A stretch of DNA of 64,000 nucleotides from assembly GCA_002633005.1 (NCBI GenBank), contig NMRA01000133.1:552627-616626 (forward strand). Direction: 5' to 3'. Below, piece by piece: positions 41,044 to 53,857 of this stretch. The notes below the pieces were generated by a model that saw only the letters and a program-made list of their open reading frames with translations, had not been told where the DNA came from and ran no database searches. How positions within the stretch are numbered: the first letter of the stretch is position 1; every line of letters starts with the position of its first letter. The stretch is from Phoronis australis. Its lineage: Eukaryota > Animalia > Phoronida. The position numbers and the translations under genes were made by a program.

Positions 41044-41075
41044 TCATTGCGGCCTGGGAAGGTGGTCGTTTCCCG
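41044..41075 (-). CDS. Possible terminal coding segment of the mosaic gene (TGNDHLPRPQ*)
   Basis: Strong pyrimidine-rich acceptor at 41078-41076; the phase-1 reading stops at TGA 41046-41044. Confidence 0.3.
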
Positions 41076-41274
41076 CTGGGAATAAATCGAGACAAACAAG
41101 AAAGCACTAACACACATCCTTCGCTCATATCAAGAGAATAATGAGACATAAAAACATAAATGCATTTCGAGAAACATGGAAAAGATACTTGCAGGGACCA
41201 ATTGCTTATAATCCAAAAGGAATTTAAGTATACGCATCACTATCAAAGAAAACAATAGAGCTTGCGAACAAACT

Positions 41275-41530
41275 CTCCCTCCCTCCCTCCCTCCCTCCCT
41301 CCCACCCTCCCTCCCTCCNNNNNNNNNNNNNNNNNNNNNNNNNNNNNNNNNNNNNNNNNNNNNNNNNNNNNNNNNNNNNNNNNNNNNNNNNNNNNNNNNN
41401 NNNNNNNNNNNNNNNNNNNNNNNNNNNNNNNNNNNNNNNNNNNNNNNNNNNNNNNNNNNNNNNNNNNNNNNNNNNNNNNNNNNNNNNNTTCACCTCCCTA
41501 CTCCCTCCCTCCCTCCCTCTTTTCCTCCCT
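41275..41530. repeat. (CCCT)n microsatellite spanning the assembly gap 41319-41488
   Basis: Direct reading on both gap edges. Confidence 0.9.
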
Positions 41531-41605
41531 CTCGCTCTCGATCTTTTGATCAGGTACACAACATAGTATTGTAGATCGACAATAGTAAGACTATGGTCTA
41601 CTTAC

Positions 41606-44600
41606 TTGTGCTATCAATGACCATTGCTTTTGTAACGGTCTCCGAACGGTTGACAAATGAAGTAGCAGTTACGTCATTGGTGGACGTCACGGCTGCTGCG
41701 ACACTAGAGAATATCATGTCTGAGGAGGTCTCCCGAACACTTGAGGGTAAAGAGCGATCAGCTTCATCTTCAGTCGTCTTTATTGAATAGTCCTCCGTCG
41801 AACCATAATATTCTGAGTTATGAATTGCGGCTTGGCTTGGTGACAGAACTAAGTTCGAAGAAAGGGGATCCGGTCTCGTACTTGACGGAACGCTTACTGA
41901 ATATGCATCAGCCGAATGGTTTAATTGCAGAGAGCTCGTTGCAGTCGACGAAGGAGACAGCACTTCATTGAAGCCTATTTGTGCAAGTATTATAAAGAAT
42001 CAAGTTTGGCTATAATGAACCATAAACACAAGGAATCTATATCAAGCAAGTTGTTGGGAATATCTTATTTTAGTGAGGTCTTGCTTGTACGGAGCGCTGC
42101 CCAGAGTTCGCTCTAAACAACAATACTACTTTTTAAAGTACTCACATGTAGGATCAATCTGTAAACACTTTTCTCTCCGAATTTCGACGTCATCACCCAA
42201 GCAACTGAAAGGTCCTACCAAAGTCTCTTGACATAATCGAAATTTACTTCTCTGCAAAGCACAGTTACTGCAAGATGTCCACAGGGACCACTCTGTCCAG
42301 CCAGATTGCTCGCCTGTAAATTCGCAAATACATGCGCGGTTTATCGTTATGTCATGCGTTGCCTTAAGGGGCAACTAAAAAAAGCTATAGTTAGTTCAAA
42401 ACCGTTTTGCAGTTAATAAGCTGTAGCAATTTTACGCAAATGTGTCTCCTTTCAAGAATACTCCACCACTCTGGTGGTCGTTTTGAACTCTGTCACCTCA
42501 CGATTTTCAACCCCGTAAAGCATTAACGAGCACTTTTCTATTTAGCACACATATAATAACTATGAACAATTGTGAGCAGCCGATGATCACATGATCTTTT
42601 TAAAACACTTGAACATAGCCTCCATGCCAATTTGAGTGCCTCTTTCAATTTTGTTCTCATAAATAACTGTACCTACCACATTCCGGCACGGCGCAACTTT
42701 CTCTTTCCATTCCATCATTTACGTCACTCTTGACGTAACACCAAGGGTCTCCAGCAGATATACCGTCATAAGAACAGTAATTCTCAACAAAGTTAGTTTG
42801 AGAGACTATTTGTGTACCAGTTAGAAATACAGGTGAATTGGCCCAAGGGAGACACGGTTTGCCTATGGCAGTGATGTTTCTTTTCCCTGTGTAGGCTTTC
42901 CCCTTTATATAACACGTGCTGTACGCTGCCAAAAGAAAATGACGATATATAATCATGGGCAACAACAAATTTAGTTAATAGCAATCCATGCACAGGAAGA
43001 GGTTCTCGTACAAATGAGGCACATAACCCCTATTCCTTCTCTCTTGATTGTCAGACTAAAAGCTATAAATTCACTCGATTCAGGTCTCTGAATCCGTTTA
43101 AATTGGCCTCTCGTTCCCTGTTAGCTTGTACCTACCCTTCCTTCCTCCCTCCTTGTCCCTTTTCTCCAACCGTTCATATCCTTTCTTTTTCTTCCCACCC
43201 TCCTCCGGGCCCCTTTTCTCACCCTTCCTGACTGCCTTCCATGTCTGCAATTTTCCATTTCTACCACTTTTCCTCCCAGTCAGCCTGCTTTCCTTTGTGC
43301 CGTCCCTTCCCTCTCTCACTTTCTTTTTGCTCCCCCTGGATCTCTCCCTAGTCTCACCCTTCTTCAGTAGTCCTTGCCTAATACCCCCCCTCCATCGCTG
43401 CCTCCTTTCCCCCCTATCCTCTCCCTCGCTCCCTCCCTGTATGCCTCCTCCCATTCTTCGATCCCTCGTCTGTCCCATGTCTTGTCGGACAAAAGCAAAT
43501 ACGAACTCCATCACGCCAATAGCTGGTAATTACGTTCAATAGCTGCTCCCGACACGCGCAACAGCTGCAGCCTGGAATTTGATGGATTCTATTGGTGCAG
43601 CATAGGGTATAGACCGGGAGAGGAGTGAACAGTCCCTTGTTGTCGGAGGACAAATTAATATGGGTGTCTGTATGGATATGATGAGTAGACTGCTGGTTGC
43701 ATGGCTTCTACCTAGTCCGTAGTAATGAAGTTTGGTTACTAAAGGGATAACATCAAAATGTTTGAGTCGAGTACGATCACATTTGTGGAAATTATAACGA
43801 GAAAGGTGAACAACAAACACAACCAATATCAGTAACAGCAAAACAAAGACTGTATTGGGGAAAACAAATGCAAATACAGGACTGAGGTCAAAGGTCAACA
43901 TAACAATCTACCACATTTGATTGGCTATCGTTGTCAATAAATTTAGCTAAATTGTTTGTAATTAGTATAATGGTTTGCACAAAAACCACTATGATGATCC
44001 TCCCTCCCTGCTTACCTACCCCGTCCCACCTTCTGTCCTTCTTCCCCTGACTTCCCCCCCCTTTTCCTGCTTGACCCTAACCTTGCCCCCTGACGCCGCT
44101 TCTCTAACTCCTTCCTCGCCCTCCTCCGTTCCCCTTCCCAACCCCCTTTCTGTCTCACGTGTCAAAGTATAAGAAGTCAAAGGAAGAAATGAAAACAAAA
44201 TCAATTTAAAATAGAAACTTTTTATAGTGGCATTACCTTTACAAACGTGTTCAATTTTTACGTTGACAAGACTCTTTGGCAAACGGCATAGGTCGATTGC
44301 AATGATGTTAATCGTGCAGTTTTGCTTCAGCGAACACTGTGACAAAATTTGTTGAGCTGTGGCATTCGCACATGCCTTTGAAATCGCACCAATCTGTGAC
44401 ACAAGCCTAATAGAGATGTTTGATATGCTGATGATCATGCGTTCGGGACAGGAAATCGGTATGGTGTAATCTGTCTGCCAGTTCAAATCCTCTGAAATAT
44501 TGTATTATAGATAATTAAAAGAGTTATATTTCTTCCATGGCAACACACAATTCACGCGACACTAGAAAAGTATACATAAACCAGATTCATGTGGTAGTCA

Positions 44601-47600
44601 CAGTGGCGGATTTTGGGGGCAAAGGGGCCATGGCCCCCCTAAAATTTTCCCAGATTCCATTTGTAAGTTCAGTGGTTCGAATGTCTGACTGGCAAAATCC
44701 TGGCTAATACTCTGCCCTGACCCCCTTAACTCAAAATCCTGTATCCGCCCCTGGGTCATTCTGTACTTTAGTAAAAGCAAGCGTGACGCGAAACACTAGT
44801 GTTTAACTTGCTGTGATGTAGACCTCTAGAAACATTTGACTTTGTCGCAATGAGACAGTACCTCGCTCGTATCCATAGAACTCCAGTTTGAGTGCGAAAT
44901 GACCAGGACTTCCTTCCACGGGAACAAAACGCACAAAGCGTGCAGCGAATGCCTTGAAATGCTGTCGAAGCACAGACCAGTGATTATTGTTCCCGTCATA
45001 AAGCTAAAACATCAAATCAAATGACGTAAAAAATCAAATTTCTACGATGTTATCGAAGGCAAGTTTTGTTATTCAAAAAATCTTGATTCAGGTACCAGAC
45101 TGACTTTGAACAAAGTAAAATATTTAAACTTTATGAATTCTAACACAGTCTATTTGTGCCATTTGTTTTGAGGCCATAGAACGTCGAGATAGAATAAAAT
45201 AATTGCAGCAAACAGTGGTTGATTTAAAGGGGGCCAAGAGGGTCCTGGCTTCCCAGATTGTATTCCGCAGTTCGGGGGTGCGAATGTCTGACGAGAAAAA
45301 TCCTAGCTAATACTTTGTCCTGCCCCCNCAAAATCCTGGGTCCGCCCCTGGCAAAGCAGGATCTTTGGCAATGACTCGAATGAAGATTTCGTATCCGTTC
45401 TCAGCTCATGAGGTGTTGTTTTTACTAGAGAAAGTAAAAACGAAATAAGATCGCGGGTTGAAATTTGAATTATGCCAAGGCTACCATGACCACTTTTTCA
45501 TCTACACAGTACATGAACATTCCGAGTGAAGGAAAGCAAATTTTAGATATTTCCTACAATCATCCAAATGTCAAAGCTGGTTACATACTTGTCAGTTGAA
45601 ATACGGCGTTAATTTATCACTGGATGTCGGATCCAAAATGTCTGAGATGATATCTTAAACACAAACTATCAAAACAATTCTCAGGAAAGCAGTTGGACCT
45701 GCACATACCGAATTTTTCGTTATCTCCCAACCCATAATATGCTTTGGTTAAGTCAGCTGCAATCAGTGCGAAAGGCTTCCTCTTTTTCTCTCATAATAGC
45801 AATGTGTAAAACTTAATGTATATGAATATGCCAATCTCAATATGGCGTGGGAAATATGTTGTAAACATTCCAAGACCCGTCAGCACGCAATCTGTTGGCC
45901 ACATCACGTGACCCGTCACTATGCCATCAGTGGCCGGTTCCATGAAACAGTCCTAAATAGGGACTCATCTAAGGTCCCTAGGTCTTTTTGCGTATTTCTT
46001 TCGTTCTTTATTCACAGATGCAAAATTTTTCTATCATTTCATCTTTATTACGAGTTCCTCTTTGATTAATGATGTTTTCTAATAATAGAACTCAAAACTT
46101 AGCCCAGAACTCATTGAAAATAAATGGGGACCCAGCCCTTAAATTGGAGGTGTTGCATGAAAAGATCCCTAATTATTTTCAATAATACTGACAATTCAAC
46201 GTAGATTTCACTCTAGGTTTGTGTCACAGTCAAAAGTTCAAAAGTTGACTTAGTTGTGAAACTAAAACAATACATGAAAGGGCAATCGATGTTTTCACAA
46301 GTCAAAAAAATACGCCTTAGGTCTCAGTGCCCAGTTGCATGAAACAGTCCCAAATAGGGATTCAACTAAGGTTCCTAAATCTACTGCGTATTTGTGGACT
46401 TGTGAAAAACACTGGCTGTCCTATCTTATGCTGTTTGAGTATCACTAATACACCCATTTTTGGTTTTGATACAAATCGAGAGTGAATTCTAGATTGAATT
46501 TTAAATATTATTGAAAATAAGTAGGAATCTTTTCATGCAACGCACCCAATTTAAGGAGTAATTCCCTAACTGTTTTGATTGAATTAAGGGCTCAGTTTTT
46601 ATTTACATTATTAAAAAATGTCATTAGTCAAAGAAGAGCTCATAATAAAGATTAAATTATAGAAAAAATATTACACCTGTGCCTGAAGAACGAAACAAAT
46701 ACGAAAAAGATTTAGGGACCTTAGTTGAGTCCCTATTTGGGACTGTTTCATGCAACTGGGCACTGTTGGCCACATCACGTGACCTAATGAAAATAAGTCT
46801 GTAAAGATTTCTGCCCCCGACCGGGACTCGAACCCAGGACCTCCTGCTAACCGTGCAGACGCTGAAGCCACTACTAGAAGCAAGTCCCATGAAAATGAAT
46901 TCACAGCCATGATACAGCGGTTTACTGGGCCATTTACGTCTTTTATATTGTTCCATGGACAGTAAACATCCGTCAAGGGAACAGTGATTAAAACTGGAAA
47001 ATTGTATCTCTCACATAATCAGGAATCGGTATTCTTAATAAACGTAACATCAAAAAACGGCTGATTTTCCTTTGAAGATCTTAAACATAAGTTGTGAATT
47101 CTGCCAACTTCAATTAAGTGTTGCTCTATTCACGAGGTTAGAAAACGAAATGGTAAATTCCCACGAGTGGTTCTAAAGTACGAATCCCGGGATTTCTGGT
47201 GTTTCAATTTTGCCACAGAATTCATTATTCATCATAAAATGTTGGCGTAAGAGCATTTCGATGCCTCCAGACACCACTAATTTCACCCCACCTCCCCTCT
47301 CTCCGCCTTCTTATATGTTTTACCGCTTGTTTCCACTAAACCACCCCCAATACGGAGATGGGGTTGACGGCAATGAACTGGGGCGAATAGTGGTGCCGGT
47401 GATGTGCTAAGTAGCTCCATGTTTGCTAGATTCAGATGCACCTGCGCCAGCAGAATCGGCGGGTCTTAGGTCTGCCTTAGTTGTGCGACAGGATCGTGCG
47501 ATATGTTGAGCACGTAAACTTGAACGAAAATCGAGATGAGTAGTAATAAACGATTCGGTTCCTTTAGTTTTTGTGTGCTGAGATCAATGTTCGAAGAGAT

Positions 47601-50600
47601 TTGGAGTAATTACCGGCCATACCGCCGCCAGTCAAACAGTGACGGATTCCCTAATCAGCCGGAACGCTGCTTATTACGTATACGACCTCAAACTCACCCG
47701 GGTGACCTTTCCAGCTTACAGGAAGCATTTGAACGCGAATTGTTAGTAACAGGGGTACGGCTGGACTTCAAAAATTCAACTGGGTTTATTCATGTTGTGT
47801 AAGAAATTGGTAAGCCGGGTAGTGGAATGTTTATTACCAGACAAAATGAAACCTCTTCATGTCTGTTACTCTATTGTACTTTTTTAGTTGCATTTCACGG
47901 GACGCTACATTTCATTTTCCAGCCTGGAACATTTAATGGTGCTCACTGGCTGAATTTTGAGAAGCCAGTTACTGCAGCTCCGCCACGCCTCATTTCTTTG
48001 GAGATTAGGAAACAAAAATGGATGCCAGTAACAGTACTGCCTACGTTTAAACAAAAAATTACGTGCAGTGCTGGCCATTTTTGACACAGCTTGAATCTCT
48101 TGAATAGCTTGATAGCCTGCTGTTGTTTGTCATTATCAGGTTCAAGATGGTGGACATGCGGCCATTTTTTTCAACATTGTACTGGAACTCTTCTAAAGCC
48201 CGTAATTTTTATCATACTGAGATTAAAATCAGCATATATGCCAAAAAACACATGTACTAACTAACAATTTGCGATCCATTTCTCGAAAGCCCAAACGAAG
48301 TACCCCATGTTTTGCCCAAACCATATTTTCTTCAACGGAGGTCGCAATATGCATTCATTGGTTTGAAAGTGTTTTATTTCCATATTAATTATGCAAATCT
48401 TTGATTTTGACGTGTTATTTGCATTCAAGAATGCGTCTGTGGTCGACATTTGGTATTATTTCATTTCAACTATAGGTGTCTCACGAACGGATTGAACAAA
48501 ATTGCAAAAGTTGGAGATGCCCCAAAGACATATTTTTTATCACAATTAACAAAACATAATAAACAAATTTTCCTAATTCTTGGCTAAACTCGACTAGTTA
48601 AATCCTTAGAAATTTGATAATTTTTTAGACCCCTACATGCTTTGCATCCAAACACATTTTTATTGTATGCCTTCTCATGATCGGATTCATGATCGACAAT
48701 TTTAGTAACTTGAGTAAAATTTCAAGGTATGCTAGTTTTCCTTCTCTAATAAACGATAGCCTAGACACATGGGAACTGGATAGCTGTAATAATACGTGTA
48801 GAAATGGACTATGAGCAGCCATACATTTCAACGTTGAGAGTTAACCTAATTTTGAGTTACTCTTGTTTTGTTTCAGAATTTGAAGATGGGGCACTATGAG
48901 CCATAGTGTGCGGGGCAGGTTGAGCCATGGCTCATAATGCCCCATCGTTATGTAAGCAACAACTTAAACAAGTTTTAATTATTTTGATGCAACTTTAGTG
49001 TAGAAAATGATTAGAAAAGATCAACGAAAGACTAATAAAGGAATGTATGACAGTGAGATTGTTCTTTCGATGACGTATTAGACATCCGTCTGATGCCACA
49101 TTTTTCCACTGCTGCAGCCACAGCATCAAAAACCGCCAACGTGGATACGCAAAGCAGCCGACATTATAGCAGCCCTGAAGAAAGCTGATTATATCGAAAA
49201 AGAACGTCAAAGAACTAAAAAAATCAACCCGGCCAGGCACATTATCCATGACCTCATAGCCAAAGCGATCCAGTAAAGGTTCTCGGAAAGGAGGTGGCAT
49301 GTCCCTTGTCAGAAATTACTACTGCCTGATATGCAATAAACAATATGTGGAACCAATTACAGGAGATTAGATTCAGTGCAAAACCGGCCTTGACTGGGCC
49401 CACGAAGCATGCACATCGTACATCGGTGTTGACTCGTGTTTAGATTAAAACCTGGGTTAAACTGGTAGTTAGTTTATTCCTTATTTCGTCAAACAGTATC
49501 AAATATCAAGTCAAAGACATTCTTTAAGAAACCAAATATATTTTTAAGATATTGTATGCGTTTTGTTGACTATACTTTGCTATGAAACAAAGTGCCCCAT
49601 GCCTAGATCAAAGTGCCCTGTAGTTGGGTACTTTGAGCCATTTGACTAAAATACCAAAAAAACATGTTGCATTTTTTGAATTGTCTTTATTTTTATTGTA
49701 TACAATAAGGACACATTGTAGTTTATTATCGTTATTATTTTCTGGAATTAGTTTCTTTATTTAGATGTTAAGACCAATAATTTGAAAATTGGCTCATAGT
49801 GCCCCACTCACTCCAACCTTATAAGGCGAAAATATCAACCCGAATTTGGTGGCACGTCCCTGCCTCTTATGAGAAAGAAACAGGCTTGTGCTGAGAAATC
49901 TTTGTGTCCCCAAAGAAAACAGTAGGAATCATCAAGGGACCGCTTCGGTCTACATGTACCTGATCTTTGACTTTTCAAAAACGCCAAAATGATAATACCT
50001 GACATTCGTCTTGGTCGTTCACGGTGCAACGAAAGTTGACTCCATCGTTTGAGTAGTACAGGGTGAATTTGGACGTGTAGTACCTGTGATTCGTCATGTT
50101 TGAGCCCTAAGCAATCAAAAGAAGTCACGCTGACAGGATCAGACAGAACAAGGTGTTAGGTTTTGGTAAGATAAAAACAAGCCTGAACGGAATCATACGG
50201 CATTACCCTGAATTACCAATTACCAATGAATTCGATCAAACATAATCACAATGTAGGTCCGTGAATCGAGCAGCCGTTACATAAATGTTTTGCGTTGAAA
50301 CTTTTGCTGATGAGCACATGTGAATGAAGGTCATAACAGTATCAAAGTGACATTATTTTTAATACTGTTCGACAAGTCTATATTTGCTTACACTTCTTTC
50401 AACTGAAAGCAATAATAATCGCAGTTCCTCAAACTGGAAATGGCCGGACACGCAATGAGCCAGGCCTGAAAACGTAAACAGGTTCAAGTGACGTATGTTA
50501 AGTTCGGTTATCCATTAAGCTAAACAAACCACTGGTTGGTGTCCCACGTAAAAATAGAAAACCATTATGGGCCTTTTTATTACTCAACGGGTTATGTTAT

Positions 50601-51741
50601 CACTGGTGTCGAATTAATTATAAACTGAGCACAATCTCTTCCTTGAAGATACTTTTTCAATTCCGGTAAATTTAAATGGTTGTAATCAGGAATATTTCCA
50701 CAGCCATACCGTACCTCGACGGCTTCCCACATGACCTTGAAAATGTGCAGAGGACTGAGGTGGGGTACAGATTGCAACAATTGGGGCTATACATTTATTA
50801 TGGGTTAAGGACCTTGAGTAGCCTTAATCCGACAACGGTGTTCGCTCACGTTTCGGTTGTGGAAGCTGTGGTCAATGGTCGAGTCTCCAGCGGATTTTCA
50901 GCACAATCCGTTTCGTAACAATTCGTTCTTTACTGGACTAACGATGCCAGAAACATACAAGTAATAAAACTATTACTACAGCAAATTCAGCTACACTCAG
51001 TGCTTGCATTGTGAGGCTTGCTTACAACGTCACACTCCCGGTTTGAAAAATTGTTAATATCTATTCTATAAAAATCGACTAAACAGTGTAAGTAAAATGT
51101 GCGACTTCGACCAAAAATATCTTCCTCGCTAAAATTCAGTGACCGAATTCAACTACATCTAGATTAGCCTACGGCACTTGGTTTTTATTAGTTGAAGTGG
51201 ACGGTTTCGACCTATCATTACTTATCAGTCTTTCACAACTTACTACAAAGGTAGATCATTGTTTGAGCCTGGGGAAAGGCATATTTTTTAAGCTCCTTGA
51301 AAACCACTGAGCAAAATATAATAGCAGGTTGTGCCTATTGTGAATACAATATCCAACCCAACACATGGGAAATCCCTGGTCCCCTAATTATCATCCAATA
51401 ACAAATGCGAACAGAGACCTTTTTGAAATGCGAGTAATAATAATAAAAGACTTGAGATTTTCCATAATGATGTTAGTGATCTGTTAACAACATAATTTGT
51501 CGAAATTTAACCTGAGTATCCATTCCAGTTATAACCATGCTGGACGTTCCAAAATCCACTTGCAGCCATTCGTTTCCGGTGCCTTCAGAGATCCATGCGT
51601 TACACAGCTGGGTGTTCAGTGGCATGCGCGCCCTCTCAGGGCCACATTTTCTGCTTCCATTTTGGATAGCAAACGCACTGCTTCCAGAAATCATGTCGTC
51701 CGTTATGAAGAATGAGTTCATGCCAAGTCTATTTCCTAACT
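41606..51741 (-). CDS. Mosaic extracellular protein: F5/8 type C (discoidin) - SUEL/galactose-lectin-like - kringle - TSP1 - Ser/Thr-rich stalk
   Basis: Phase-consistent exons. F5/8C: 51741-51512 (LGMNSFFITDDMISGSS..AWI..EWLQVDFG..ITGMDTQ), 50106-49999 (GSNM..YTSKFTLYYSNDG) and 45003-44862 (YDGNNNH..ARFVRFVP..ALKLEFYG). SUEL-like, 6 Cys: 44491-44237. Kringle: 42925-42677 (CY..GKAYTGKRNITAIGKPCLPW..ENYC..PWCY..C.VPEC). TSP1: 42313-42146 (WTEWSLWTSCS..RSKFRLC). S/T-rich: 41974-41606. Confidence 0.85.
44601..44753. mobile_element. Short hAT-like MITE (CAG(T/G)GGCGGAT ends)
   Basis: cagtggcggat / atccgcccctg; flanks agtca / ggtca. Confidence 0.7.
45213..45350. mobile_element. Second copy of the same MITE, perfect 5-bp TSD GCAAA
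   Basis: Colinear with 44601-44753; GCAAA at 45208-45212 and 45351-45355. Confidence 0.75.
45931..46762. mobile_element. Two adjacent, oppositely oriented copies of a ~435-bp Harbinger-like MITE (45931-46324 truncated; 46328-46762 complete)
   Basis: TIR TGCCCAGTTGCATGAAACAGTCCCAAATAGGGA; CWG flanks; same family as 59080-59512 and 63870-64000. Confidence 0.8.
46785..46882 (-). mobile_element. tRNA-derived SINE head
   Basis: tRNA-like 46882-46812 with B box GGTTCGAGTCC, stem CTGC/GCAG around loop ACGGTTA, paired ends tgcttc..ggggca, degenerate D arm. Confidence 0.7.
48886..49812 (+). mobile_element. pogo/Fot1-like Tc1-mariner deletion derivative with PHD-finger remnant
   Basis: Inverted terminal motifs ggggcactatgagcca / tggctcatagtgcccc; 49320-49415 reads YCLICNKQYVEPITGD*IQCKTGLDWAHEACT. 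Confidence 0.7.
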
Positions 51742-52389
51742 CTACAAAAGAACATTACAAGACTAACAAATTTGTAAAAAAATCAACAAGTTACGATAAG
51801 GTTTATTGAAAAATGTAGACCTGCATACTTGAATTCCATTCACAATACTTTTGCTGGTAGAGTAAAAGAACCCGAATTTTAGTCGTAGCATTTAGTTGAG
51901 TCGAACAATGGCCAACCGTGCACCCCCCGGACTTCAACTTTCATGTTGCATTTTTGCAAAGAAAAATATGTGTGAAAACCAAAGAAAAAGATGTTAACAA
52001 GCCGAAAAAGTGTCCCACGTGCGTTTTTATGCAAATTAGTGCCGCCATTACCCATTTTTCGTTATTTGATGATATCCCACTTTCTTGTTCTTGTAAATGA
52101 ACAAATCAAGTGTCAAAACCCATATTTTGAGGGTCAAGCATTACGATGGAATAATTTCGTTCATAATCTGTTACATTTAATTTGTATTACTAACAATCAA
52201 TACTACACTGAAAGTGTACATAAGCCAATATAAACACTGAATGTGCAACTTTCAGTGTTTATATAATCAGCTCATTAAAATGAGCCAAATTTCAACAAAT
52301 GTTTCAAATATGTCAAGGAAAAAAAACGCGGGGAAATAGCTGCAGAAATATGGACAATCATTAGGTGTTGATGTCACTTATTAAATGTT

Positions 52390-53857
52390 CTAACACCCCA
52401 TGTCACTTTCATTGCTTTCCGTGAAACTTCCATACAACTCCCCACTTTCCTCTTCTGAGTCCACTTCACAAACATTGGTGAGCAAGAAATCAATCAGTGA
52501 GTTTGGTAAAATAGGACAACACGACCACACAGGTTGTAACACTCTTCCATCAGTCCGCATCCACCCTTGTCCTTCGTCACAAGGTTTTGGCTTCTCATTT
52601 ATGGGTTCGCAAGCACGCTTGTACAAGGTGATACGGTGATTTACTCGTTGGATGTGAGGTTTCTGTTCAGACTGGCACGAGGGAAGTCGAGCATGGTCAT
52701 TCTTGGACTTGTGAGGAATTCATCTTCACCAACCATTTGACGTAACATCTTGGCACGAGTAGCACCTATCGATGACTCACGACTTTGACCGTACATGAGG
52801 CAGCAGAATTCTTCCAACTTACCTCCCAATCAACGTCACGTTACCTGAATGCACGTTGAAATTTTGGATTCTTTTCTAGCTTTTTAAGGGGGCCGACCTT
52901 TCCTTTACGTTTAAGCACACTGGTGCAATCTTCTCCAGTGTATACATAAAATCCAAGTAGAGCTTCAAAATAGTCTTTTCCCAAGGATTTTACAAGGTCG
53001 AAAAGATTCAGTAGTCGCCCCAGAACCTGTATCTAGATATAAAATCAACTTTATAGCATGCCAGCAGCAAAATGACAGACATCAGTGTCAGGGATTCTGA
53101 CGACATCGTTTCTGTACCCAAGTGAGGCAGCGTACTGGAGGTACAAAACATTTCTTAAGTCAGGCTCTTATTGGTTACTGTAGATATGAGAGATCTCCTG
53201 AGTATGAACCGGAAACATCAAATCACTTTTATTATTACATTATGACATCGCAAATTAGTTAAGTAAGAAATAATCAGAAAGTTCTGTTCAGAAAAAGATT
53301 GTAGACTTCCTTGCCGTCGGATGCCCGTCTACAATCAGGACGGTCATCTCGGTTTTCTTCTACCTGGAAACTGCCTTCTCACCACTCCAGACTTGCAGTA
53401 ACAGATGGCAGAGTTACTTTTTGTTGTCATCGTTTGCAAGAAAAGTTTTGAAGTCATACGGCTTATGTGTAGCTGGTCCACCCAAAATTATTTTCTCTGA
53501 ACTGCCACGTCACAACTGCTCCTGGGCTTTGATAGATTCACGGTAGTAACTGTCAGTTGAGAACAAGAAGTACTTCTTCGACACAGTTTGATCAAGTACT
53601 TATAAACAGACATTACCACATGTTGGAGGGAGATTAGCTAACTTGTGGAGAAGAACAAAGCCATCTTGGATGAACAGAACATCCTCATGACAATGAAAGC
53701 CTTCTGGCACGATGTCGTTCAGAAGATAATGCGAAATGGAGGCTTTGTTGGCCTTGGAAAAAATACCTGGTGTTCCAAGACTAGGGGGCACGGGTATCAG
53801 ACATTACTTCATGAGTTCTGGCATGTTCAACAGTTCACCCAGTGTTTGGGATTTAAC
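52390..53857 (-). pseudogene. Frameshifted C-terminal XPG/FEN1-like nuclease part of the Academ protein
   Basis: PDTDV, ALLGFYVYTGEDCTSVLKRKGKVGPLKKLEKNP, LEEFCCLMYG, YKRACEP..P..GQGW..LQPVW..PILP, with stops and frameshifts; N-terminal remnants continue at about 55840-54960. Confidence 0.75.

Noticed and set aside
41130-41239. Hydrophobic terminal exon (GPI-signal-like) for the mosaic gene
   Set aside because: AT-rich intron-like composition gives hydrophobic translations by chance; no independent support.
43098-44172. Arg/Gly/Glu-rich, Pro/Leu-rich and Cys-containing ORFs between the SUEL and kringle exons
   Set aside because: Mostly polypurine/polypyrimidine low-complexity intron; the flanking exons already join in phase 1, and the 43.5 kb candidate exon would break the frame.
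46812-46882. tRNA-Thr(GGT) gene
   Set aside because: The D arm and acceptor stem are degenerate, the loop lacks U33, the GGT anticodon is atypical for eukaryotes, and a repeat body follows; better explained as a SINE head.
50850-50930. Exon-like segment TNCYETDCAENPLETRPLTTASTTET
   Set aside because: Phase 2-2 inside a phase-0 intron, and it would split the F5/8C domain.
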